A stretch of DNA of 64,000 nucleotides from positions 8,070,698 to 8,134,697 of the forward strand of contig OZ037765.1 of NCBI GenBank assembly GCA_964035545.1, given 5' to 3'. Source of the DNA: Bugula neritina (Eukaryota; Animalia; Bryozoa). Numbering within the stretch: the stretch's first letter is position 1; every line of letters starts with the position of its first letter. The notes beneath the pieces are model-generated. The model was not told where the DNA came from. It saw only the letters and a program-made list of their open reading frames with translations, and made no database searches. Of this stretch, positions 1 through 11,561 are shown one piece after another. The position numbers and the translations under genes were made by a program.

Positions 1-20
1 TTATGAGTGCAATCTTGTAG

Positions 21-3000
21 ATAAAGAGAAACTTGGAATCTAAAATTCTCAAGATCGCATATGTAGTCGACTTTAATTTGGTGAGTTTGAATTTATAATT
101 CATGCTCCCCATCAATGTTTGATTGATATGAAAGCAATCATTGGCGTAATACTAAACCATCTTTTTGTTTTAGTTTTTTAAAACGTATGCAAAGTTGTAA
201 TGTACTAGATGTGGCTGGGTACCACTAATAAACTGTTGTTCAATATTTGAACTCATTTAGTAAATGTACCTTATTTATGCTGTAAAAACAGCAATTTTCT
301 GAGTGATTTGATGGTATAAAATATTGATTGCATTTTAGAGTGGCTCATTCTTGCATAACACGACAAGAATTCGAGAATATCTACTTGAGATGACAAACCT
401 CTTAGACTTGGTATGTAATCTTACTATAATTATGTAGATTTATCACTTCACTCCGACACTAATTAATCTGATGAAATTGGCAGCTTCCCAGCAGAGCATG
501 TGTGCTGATCAAATAGCTGACAAGTGGGCAACAAATAAAGTGTGCAACCAGTAAAAAGATGCTAGTCCACGTATATGTTGCCACAAATATTTTTTGCAAT
601 ATAAATTGATTACACTTATTCCAAAGTGTTATTAGTTTAGACTTCAAAGTTTTCTATTAATGATGAAAGTTGTATTACTGCGAATAACATGAGTTATTGT
701 TAACGCAGAGAGCTATATAATTTGCAATTTCCAATGATCTAAATATTATGGTGAAAATGTGTTTTTTTAACGTAATAATTTAATATTTTGTAGTATTACC
801 AGAGGCTCAATATAAGAGTTAGCTTGGTTTCCTACAAAATCTGGAGTTCTCAAAATGATATACCGGTCGTTGCTAATGCTAGAGAGACGTTGCAAAGTTT
901 CACTAACTTTATAGAATCAAAGGCTACAGGAAGACAGTATGACGTCATCCACTTGCTGAGGTATTTGCTAGCATATAGTGTTTGATGGCAACAATTAGTT
1001 TATTGTTTAAAAGTTTTTCACTTCTTTAATATCTAATAAAGTAATACGTATGCATACAATTTGCATACGTATCAAATGGTTATGAGGTTTAACAATTTTT
1101 ATATATATGGAGTTGCTTTCCTTTAAGGTTTCACTACAGATAAATGAAATCTATTATTGATATTTGCTTATGAATCGAAAATATCAGAAAGTAAGTGAAA
1201 TGGAAACTTGAAAAAGCATAAATTTTCATTTATTTTAACTATGCTCATTATGACGCACTATACCAAGCCTATTGCTAGCTGGTAAAATTTGTCATGACAA
1301 TTTATTGAAAAACACTTCAACTCATAACATTGACAACTAATTATGAGACAAAATTTTTATCTCTTTAGAATTTTCTCACATACGTATTCTTTCAAGCAGT
1401 GATACTGTTATGTAATGCTATTAATTATAAACAGAAATAATAAATCTGAATTATTTTATAACTTTTTGACAGTGGCATAAGGTTTGAAGATAATTCAATT
1501 GGCTTAGCAATCCCAGACTCAATATGCACAGATCGAGCAATAGCAGTCATCTCAGCCAAAACTGCAGATATAACTAAGTTATCCAGCATTATAGCTCATA
1601 TGGTTGGCCATAATCTTGGACTACAGCATGATTCACCAGGTGAGTGATTATATATCGTTAGTTTTACTCAATAATTTTCAAAACCATCTCTGACAACAAA
1701 CTACAGATAAGAGTATATTTATTTGTATATTTTATTATTCATATACTTTTTAATTTATTTTATAATGCACAGTTGTGAACTTTTTGAAACTTTCTTTTTT
1801 AGACTGTGAATGTAAAGACAGCTCCGGGACTTGTATAATGAGTAATTCAATGTAAGTAACTGACGATTAATGAAGTATAATTATATTGCTAAAAGATGAA
1901 TCTACCTAATTTTTGCAACTTCATATTTACTCGTGTGTTTACAGAGGGGATGAAGTGCCCTACCTCTTCTCATCCTGCAGTAGCCACAGACTACAGCTGC
2001 TTACCAAAGTAGGTCTAGGACAATGTCTCAATAGTCAATCAGCCATTCAGACTTACCCTCAGAGGTGTGGCAATGGTGTGGTAGAGAGGGGAGAGCAATG
2101 CGATACCGGGCCACATTTGGTAAACATATATACTTGCTTTTTATAAATATTAATTTTTATACAAATACAATTTTTGTCTTGTAATAATTGTTGATAGCTT
2201 TTAATGTAATATTAGCAAAGATAATCAACTACTGTATAGTATATTTATATGAAACATCTTTCTTCATTTTCATAATATATTATAAAAAAGAATGTGTCAC
2301 ATATCCATATTATTCTGTTCATACTTTATATATATTGCTTATACCACATCCATTCCACACCATCTGTTTTAAGTTTCAGTTACAAACTGCCTGGCAAAAC
2401 AAAGTTACATCAGAAAAGTTTTTTTCAATGTTATCTAACGGCTACACTAGTGGCAATGCTAATTCCAGTGCTATTATGCTACAGTCACCAGGAAAGGCTG
2501 ATCCATGCTGCAACTCAACCACTTGTCTACTGAAGTCCTGGGCGACATGCAAGTCAGGCAAGTGCTGCAGCAATTGTCTGCCAAAGGAGACTAAAAGTTT
2601 GTGCCGAGCTGCTTCAGATGACTGTGACGCCCCTGAATATTGTGACGGTGTGCATGGAGAGGTAAAGGCTTTAATCAACTTTGCATTTGTTATACTATTT
2701 TATTTTCTTTAGTAAAATTAACTTTTAAACTTATTTAAGTTAAGAAGTGAAAAAATTTTTACATACTAGTAAACTAAACTATAATTATAAATATTGGGCA
2801 TTCAAGAGCTACGAATATAATGAGTTCTAACCTAAAACTTACAGTGTCCAATGGACTACAAGATTCAAGACGGTCAGCCATGTGACGATGAGACAGGGTT
2901 TTGCTACCAAGGTCGTTGTCCATCCAGGACACAGCAGTGCAAACTGTTGTGGGGTGACTTATCCACTTCATCTTCTGACGACTGTTACATCTACCACAAT

Positions 3001-6000
3001 GTCAAGGGCAACGTCTTGGGTCACTGCGGAGAAACTATAGATGGCTATTACAGAAGATGTCCAGCTAGGTATGTGATATAATATCACTATTACTTCCAGA
3101 TACTATAAAAACTCACGCAAGTTTATAGTCACTATCCCTGTGAGAAACCTCTGATAGAAAGGGTTTTTGTTAAAGCGGGCTAAGGACTTATTTAAATGAG
3201 GCACAGGAGCAATTATGACTGGATGCTCTTCCTAACATCACCAATGGCCTTTGTCAGGGCCCGAACCCATGACCTCATGTTTACTATGCAAACGCTCTAA
3301 CTCCTAGACCATGGCTGCTCCCTTACTTCCAGATACTATTTTATTTACGTATTGAATTGTTCTTTGTCGAAAAATTGGTTGTGTAGGAAGTTTGTATTCT
3401 AATCAAACAGATGATGTGTTGTATAGCTGAGAAATTTTATGTAGAGATGCGTTTTGTGGTTCTCTGCAATGTCATGGAGGGAAGGATGTTCCCATAGTCT
3501 ATGATGTTGACTATAGGAAGACTTCAACTAATGAACACACTGGAATTGAGGAAGAGATCACTTGCAAGTATGTTTAGCTACTGTCAGCAAGATACCATGG
3601 CAATAAATCAGTTGAACTACATATAGTTAAATGATGGAAAAACCTTTTTGTATTTGTTTATTGGTATAATCACATTGACTATATTCTGCAGTTGTTGGGT
3701 TGTTTTGTTAAAGAAATATCTTAAACAGCTAATAAACCAAACATATGATTGAAGTTTTAGAGCTCTGTAGTTTAATTATGACAAAGCCGCAACCAATTTC
3801 ATCTAAATTTCAAACCAAAAAACAACAATGTAGTGTGTGCATTTTATAACAGAACAGTGAAATTTCATGTCAGTACATACATATATAGTGGTATTACCAG
3901 TGATGGTAGGGGTTAGTTGTAAACCTGTTTTAAACTACTTTTGCACAAATGAAAGTGTGATACATGAGGAAGAGAAACTGTTTTTAATGACCATGTGCAA
4001 TGTTACATAATATCATAAATAAATTTACTTGCAGAACCGTGAATAGTAAATCTTCATCTGACTACTTTGTCACTGGTATGGTTATGGATGGTACTAAGTG
4101 CGGACAGCATCATTTATGTCAAAGTCACCAGTGTATATCCATAGACAGCTTGCACACTCCTGGCTGTCCAGTATCACCCAGCACAAATACAACTTGTGCT
4201 GGGAAAGGGGTGAGTTTAACACCTAATTTCTAGAAATAATACACGTAGTTTACATAATATTTATTAGTAGAATAATCAACAGAACAAAAAGTCACATATG
4301 ATATTCTGATAATATTCATTCTCTGCTTCTATATAGTGTTTGTGATATCGTACAAACTGAAAGTGTATTGCTTAGCTCTTTTAAAGGGATAAATTTAACC
4401 AGAATTATGCTATTAGATTTCATTGTAATACGTTATTTTTTGTCTCCTACGGTAATTATCATTTAATAATTTATGTTACAGAGATGTACGTCTGATGGAA
4501 AATGTTTCTGCCACCCTGGTTACGCCGGTGAAAGCTGTGACATTGTTGTCCCGCAACTAACCACTGCAGAACCTCTTTCAAACTCTGCTGACATTAAAAG
4601 AGACAAGGCTGAGAACACCTCACCCATCTCGCGTGGAGCAGTTGTTGGCTTGGCACTTACTGTGCTATTCTTGATTGGGGCTCCTTTCCTCACCATTTTT
4701 ATGTACAGGTAGGTTAAGTTTAGACTGGTAATTATGTACAGGTATGCTAAATTTAGACTGCTATGATATTTTTAATACTGTATTTAGATAGTTCTTTTTA
4801 TTCGTATATTTGTTATGCATTTTGAAATAAATCATTTTAAATAAGCATAATTTTTAAATTGAAGCTCATATTAGTAAGGTTGAACTCATCTAATACCTAC
4901 AAGTAGTTGTTAATGCCTGCAATTAAGCATTTTAAAATATTCTTGCAAAATGTGTATTTATGTTTTAGAAGAAAAATGGCGTGCTTGAAAAAACGAAAAG
5001 AAGCTGTTGACCAAGACAAGCTGCAGGAAAATTCTGAAAGCATTACTCATAATTTTCAAAACGTCATACCACAAGAAGTCTGTTACACAATTCCTTCATC
5101 GCAGCAAAACTTTTGGTGTGTATTTGGTTTTCTGTGAAGCATCTTTATATTGATTTAGAATTAAAATGCATTTGTAACATTAAAACCAAAATTTTTTATT
5201 TCAATTTTAACAAATTTAGCATAAGAGCTGAATTGCAAACAAACTGGTTTTATCGTGTTAAATAGCGGTCGAAAGCAAAGAAGAAGACGACGTCGCTATC
5301 ACTCCAGCTCTAGTGACAACAGCACGGATGATGACTATGGGAATGAGTCAGACCTCCCCTGTGTTATTTATGAAGTGCCCCTCACAGATCAACCTAAAGG
5401 TACAAGTAATATTGTCAACTTATTTCAGTGACTAGCTCTGTTCTTTCTTAAAGTTGTTAGTGGAGTTTTGCCTGAACAACTCAAAATTCTTGTTTTCTAA
5501 TTTTTTATTTGTCATATTTAGTCATCACTGCTGTTTGCATATCTTTCTTCCTCATATTTAGATACATTCTGATCAGTATCTTACTTCTACCACCTATCTG
5601 TACCAGCTCTAGCATTCGTTAGATTATATTATGTAACAGTTCTCTCATATTCAAACTGTGGTGAGCCATAGTGAATATTCAAACCTATTGTTTTCATCTT
5701 TGCATACCTCAAATGTCTTTATTACAACTTTGTCTGTCAACTTGCTAATCTTTGTGCTGTTATTCATTTCTTTTCACTTTTAATTTTTTTAGCCTGATGC
5801 TCCTGGTTATAGGTGGATCATATTTCTGCCTCCACTATTTTTCTAACAGCTATTGTTTCATTTAGAATTTGTTTCTTTAATATTAGGTGTTATCTTATCA
5901 TTACTCTTTTGCTCAGAGCCCCTATTTTAAAAATTTCCAATTCCTAATTTTACTAAAAGCAAAATAAATGAAACTAGTTGTTTTTAGATGCAACATATTT

Positions 6001-7074
6001 TTTACTTGTGTTTTTAAACCAACTTGTTGCTATAACAGGTTTTTTGTGAGGGTTATAAGAATCGTGATTTTAAGTAAAAATGGTACAGATAATAATGGCA
6101 CAAATGGAAAAGTAGATACAAATGGCACACTGGTGTTAAATTTTCTCAAACCTACCCCCCCCCCCATATCGAGCCCCCAACTCCTACAATATTTAAAATG
6201 TGCCACCTTTACCTATTTTTCAATTTGTGCCGTGTTTACTAGACATCAAGAATCAAAATTAATTTTGCGGGTTATAGCATTCTTCGTTACTTCAATATTA
6301 GCTCGGTTCTCATTATGTCACATTTGTGTTGCAGGTATATTAAAAAAATCTTCTTTTGGATTTGATCACTCTGAGTGTAGTGATTCCCAGTGTTCCTGTG
6401 ATGACTATAGCTCTGCTGGGTCCATCAACTGTAATGAGGATAGAGTGAGATTTATAGAGAGCAGAAATTTCAAAAGTAAAGAAGACAGGCTATCAGTGTC
6501 CAGTGGCTACAGGTTACCTAGACCAGATGAAGACTGTAGTCTAGATGGTGCAAGTGCAAACAAAGAGCTCCGCAGTACTCAAAGCATGAATCACAATGAA
6601 TACGAGTTGCGGCCAGAAGAACTGTACGGGGTCAATGAGATAGAATATATGGCCACATGTCATGATTCTGCTTCTGATAGTGCTATAGATTTGCCAAAAG
6701 GGGACTCCAGCACCCACAGTGAATCATCTGCCATTAACAGAGGCTCACCCCAATCTAATATTTTACGACCTGTGAATCAACCTACGGCCAGTAATTTTTG
6801 TAGTACAGCAAATAGGTTAGATAACTATAATGATTGTGCAACCCCAAGATCTCAGCTTGATAAATCTCAAATTTTACCTCCTCCAGCAAAGTATTCCTTA
6901 GAACCACAAAAATTAACGGATGATACTGAAGAGACTCAAGCTTTATTATATAAACCTAAGACTAATGAAACTACCCACATAGGAAGTATGTACAGCTCTG
7001 TGAGGCCAAATCAAGGTGTAATGAGTACTTTTAAACCAATTAGTGAACAAACAATAGTGGAACATGAAGTATAG
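21..7074 (+). CDS. ADAM-family membrane protein with degenerate catalytic site, mind-meld/UNC-71-like (5' part upstream of window)
   Basis: Exons approx. 21-80, 339-410, 794-960, 1473-1639, 1803-1851, 1945-2120, 2485-2661, 2845-3068, ~3445-3568, ~4035-4209, ~4482-4708, ~4969-5115, 5266-5399, 6335-7074. They give a reprolysin domain (AHMVGHNLGLQHD, Met-turn CIM), disintegrin (CGNGVVERGEQCD...CDAPEYCDG), Cys-rich and EGF-like (CFCHPGYAGESC) domains, a TM segment (GAVVGLALTVLFLIGAPFLTIF) and a long cytoplasmic tail ending EHEV*. Confidence 0.92.
3107..3322 (-). mobile_element. tRNA-derived SINE with 17-bp target-site duplication, in an ADAM intron
   Basis: TTACTTCCAGATACTAT occurs at 3090-3106 and 3323-3339. 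The minus strand begins GGGAGCAGCCATGGTCTAGGAGTTAGAGCG (A-box-like) and then GGTTCGGGCCC (B-box-like), followed by AGGAAGAGCATCCAG. Confidence 0.85.
4699..4763 (+). repeat. 33-bp tandem duplication that copies the 5' splice site of the ADAM TM exon
   Basis: TTATGTACAG|GTAGGTTAAGTTTAGACTGGTAA followed by TTATGTACAG|GTATGCTAAATTTAGACTGCTA. Confidence 0.85.
6066..6247. mobile_element. MITE-like element (family A, copy 1)
   Basis: Repeated AATGGCACA on the left, inverted TGTGCC repeats on the right, C-rich core. Shares GGCACAAATGGAAAAGTAG..AAATGGCACACTG.TGTTAAATTTTC with 54664-54901. Confidence 0.75.
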
Positions 7075-7994
7075 AGTTCCATCTCTTAATGTCCAATGAT
7101 GGAGTATAAATTTATGTTGCATAGCGTAAAGTGTACAGTATATCACTAGATGTATATAATTGTATGATTGTAAAGTATAAAGAAATTATAGATAAGTTGT
7201 GTATAGCATACATGCATTGTTATATATTATGTAATTATTTCAATTATTATTTATTCAGTTTGTAGCCCAATATGTTTTTCATATTTTGTAATATAAAGGA
7301 TTTAGTAAAAGTCTGCATAAAACTCATACTTTTATGTACAGTTTTTTTTGTATTCTTGTGCACATATTATTTACAATCATTTGTTCAGCAATAAAAAGCC
7401 AAAAGTAGAACTTTTTGTTTGAACTGTTGAAGAACCTATACTCTTGGAATTCTATGTTTGGAAGTTTTTTTGTTGCTCAATAACTTGAATTACGCAGAGA
7501 GCACAATAAATCTTGTGGGCGAGAAAAATACTTTTATTGGCAATGTTTAACTTTCATAAAAGTTTAGTTCACTTGCTGGCAAAAATAAAGCAAATCTTAG
7601 ATAACTTTATTTACATACACTTGTAAATTGCTAGTAGAGCCTATGATGTATGTTATCATGACATGTAATGGCAAGGAGTTATAGTGATAAGCTTGCTTCA
7701 GTTCTTACTATAAGTAGAGAGGGAAGGTTATTGAGTATTCATATGGAAAGCTGGCACTCAAACCACATCAAAGGTAATTGTTAAACTTTTTATTATAGTA
7801 ATTCTAGCTTTTCTTTAGTACAACGGTAGGTTTTTGAAAGTAAAATGAAATTAGAAACAATTGATAATAAAAATCTGACTAAAGTCAGTTTGAGTAGCCT
7901 TTTCTAATTAACTTTTAAAGATATGTTATTCAACTCATTAATAGCATATTTAACATTTCATATTTAACAGAAAGAAGCAACTGGCATCAAGAAA

Positions 7995-10373
7995 ATGTCC
8001 TCACTGGCTAAAAGGCTGCTTGGGCGAAAACCCTCTCTCAGTGTAAAAACTACAGCTGGGCCTGAATCTAATTTAGCAGGATCACCGACGAGCGCGAAAC
8101 CGGCTAAGCAAACTTGCACACTGCTTGTAGTTGGCACAGAGACAGTTGGCAAAACTGGTAAGTTTCAAACTGTCTCTATAATTGTACCAGAATGAGTGTG
8201 TTGTATTATTAGACAGTCAGTTTTGGTTTCTAAATGTTAGAATTTGGCTTTTAATTCATGCAGTAACAGCAGTGTTACTACATGTAAGACAACAAGACTG
8301 GCATTAGAACAATGGATAATAAAACAATATAAAGTTATCTTTGACCAAGTTTAAGGTACTATCAAGAGGTTTTGAAGTTTTATAGCAATGTTTAATTGAA
8401 TAATATGTGTAGTGCGCAGCATATATATAATATTTTATGTTTGCAGAATATGTGATTGCAATGGTTTAATATCACAAGCATAGATCATTTGCAATTTACA
8501 AAACACACAGACACACGCACACACACACAAACTCACTCGAACACCCACACACACAACCACATATACACATACACACACATACACAAATACACACAAGCAG
8601 ACATGCAAATTCATACACACACATTAAATTTAGCAAAACAATCTTTTATAGCATTGATCGTTCGATTTTTGGCAAAACGGTTTCTTCCCCAATATGATGG
8701 TGAGAAAGACAAAATCTATGACAGAGCAATAGCCATCGAGGAAAAAGTGCTCAACCTCAAAATAATTGATAAAACTGGAAAGGTTGGTTTATTTCAAATA
8801 TTCATCAATAACATAACTTACAACGCAGAAAAAATCTACAGCATATAAAACATATACTATAGTTGAATTTAAGCAAAACCAGCCAAATGTACATATAGTC
8901 TATAAATCATGGTCAGTGTTTCAATATTTACGAATATCCTATAATTAAATTCGTAATTTACTTGTACAATATGGATTCACGTAGAAACTAATGCATGCAC
9001 ATATATTATACATAACTTATGGAAAAGAAGTTAGTAATTACTTTATCAAATTGTGTTGTATTATAGAACATAATAAATTATATACTTTTATTCAGATGAA
9101 GCCAACTGCATCCACATAATATAATGGAATAATACAATATAATGAACTACTTACTAACTACTCGATGGGATAAAAATCGTTATATGCAGCTGGGTATAGA
9201 CATCTTTTTGCTGACATTCGTTTGTAGATGTTGATGAAGACAATCACTCAAACAGAGAATTTAGACCAGGTAGATGGAATAGTGGTGGTGTTCAGCTGCA
9301 GTGATAGTGAAAGTTTCAACTCATGTCTGGATCTCTTGGATTATTTCAAATTTGATTGCAAACCCACATTAAAAACACCCACATTAGTCATCGGAAATAA
9401 AACAGACCTCCAGCATCTCAGGTAATAAAACACAAGATACAGAAAAAAATTTTTTTTAAGTGTGTCTTAATGTATTATAGTAGGTAATACTATAGAGTCT
9501 ATAATTATTAGGCATCTAGTTTTAAAAATTTATCAGTGTGGCTAACACATAATGCAACAATGATAAGTTATCAAAATATTATTATGCATAGATTTTGCTA
9601 AGGTAAGCAACAACACATTGAAACTGCAGATACCTACTTACAGTTAATGTATTGTTGATATATCCTTAGAACAATGTAATATATTTCTCAGGGTGGTAGG
9701 AACAGTTGAAGCAAGAAAATGCATCTTAAAATATCCAGGATGTTCATTTGAAGAATGCTCGGCAGCTGCCAGTGATGACAACGTAGAAGTTATTTTTAGA
9801 TCATTTATTAAAAAGGTTGTTTTATATTCCTATACTTTATTCACATAAAGTTGAAATAAAATGTGGTCTTTTGATGCTCTAGCACTGCAGTGATCACAGA
9901 TATTTAATATCATTATAATAAGTCGTCGATCAATCAACATGCAGTTTTTAGTTTGATGCTTGTTAAATTTATCTGGTCTAAAACACATGTATAAAAATGA
10001 AAATGTGCTCAGAAAAGAAAGGAAAATGTCTTACAAATTACCTCTTTAAATGTTTTGGTTTCTTTAGTATGTCAAGTGATATGCATTATGTTTTTACAAT
10101 TGTACAAAATACTAGGGTAACTAGAGGAGATAACTTTTAAACTGTTTACTCACACAGAAACGTGCTATGTGGCAGAACATCCTACACCAAAATTTCAGTT
10201 TAAAAGTTATAAGCAAGCATATTTTATAGACACTTGTGGAGAGTGACACCAGAGTGATTGAGCAGAACGGACGCAAGTCTTCCATTGCATCAGTAGGATC
10301 ACCTAAAGTTGTACGAGCTCATTTTAAACGCAGATTCAGCATGTTTGGCAGAGACAGAAATGGCTCCAATTAG
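7995..10373 (+). CDS. Divergent Ras-superfamily small GTPase, RERG/RASL11/RASL12-like
   Basis: Exons 7995-8157, 8652-8782, 9228-9421, 9692-9815, 10230-10373 splice in frame. G1 GTETVGKT followed by ALIVRFL, G3 DKTGK, G4 NKTD, G5 ECSA; basic C-terminus with no CAAX. Confidence 0.85.
8503..8622 (+). repeat. Degenerate (CA)n microsatellite
   Basis: About 120 bp of interrupted ACACAC in intron 1 of the GTPase gene. Confidence 0.9.
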
Positions 10374-11561
10374 CCATGTACTAGGTTTTTTCTATTTAGT
10401 GTAAACTATGCTGATAATTGCAAGGTTTCTTTTAAATGACGTCTAGGCAAAAGCTTACGGTTGGAAAGTTATCAGCAAAATTAGATGAACATTATAACTT
10501 GATGTTATTTATTATATGCAAAATGTACATAACCATGTTTTTATATCTATGAAATATATCAATAGTATTAATACAAATGCCTATTAATTTTATTCAAATA
10601 CAAGTAGATTAAATAACATGGTAAACCTATATAGAAGTTTCAAAGGGCAAATGACATTCCCTAGTGCTCTAAAACATTTGAAACTCACACAAAGAAAGCA
10701 ACTTCTCATTAATATTTGAGCATTCCATGTTTGTTAATTATTCCATTGCATTAAACTTACGCTTTCCTTTTCTATGGGATGCCGAGGTGTAAATTTTAAT
10801 TTATATAAAACAAATATCATTTTATAGCATATTATTATTTTATAAATATATTATAAAAGTGCAAAGAATTTGTCTGTAGTCTTTTGCTTATGTAAGTACA
10901 TTTGTGCTATTTAAAATTGCAAATTAAAGCTAATCATACCATAATATAGCATGAAAGAATTACATTTAGGAAATAGTATGCATATATACTTTGGTAAGAT
11001 ATTGGTTGCGATTGATAATTGGAATAAAAGTTGTGCTTTCTTAATAGAAGAGACAATAACTCCAGATTATAAAAATACACTGGAATCGTACATAATATTG
11101 TCATGCCCAAACTATTTGGAATTGCTTTTATCAGGGGGATACAAAGTATATAATTATGATGAGTAAATATTTGTTAGCATAATGTAAATTATAGCTTATA
11201 ATAAACTATTTAAGTTGACACTTGATGCTTATATATCACTACATGTTTTTCCCAGTTTCACAAAAACATTGGTTCTTATTTGGTAGCTGAATATTTTTTA
11301 GTGCAGCTGCTTTTTTATACCATAGCAAGTAAATTGCTAATATTTGTAGGATTGCATGTAGAAAAGACTAGTGCATTAGTAATACAAATAAAGAGGTCTG
11401 TGAATGAAGATTTTATAAAGTTGTTAAAATAGCATTTTAATTTATATATTTACCATTATGTCATAAGCACAGCAACTGTGTAAACACAATCTTTAAAAAC
11501 AAGCAGGTTTAAAATTAAAAAAAACTGGAAAACTAGCTTCTACATTTCAAACAGAATTCAT

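Noticed and set aside
5968-6334. N-terminal part of the 368-aa ORF
   Set aside because: Intronic read-through across the MITE-like element; the real exon starts at the acceptor at 6334/6335.
7060-7074. ADAM C-terminal PDZ ligand (EHEV)
   Set aside because: Terminal Val fits, but position -2 is His, matching no standard class well.
8435-8651. His/Thr-rich and Val/Cys-rich ORF segments
   Set aside because: Produced by the (CA)n microsatellite.
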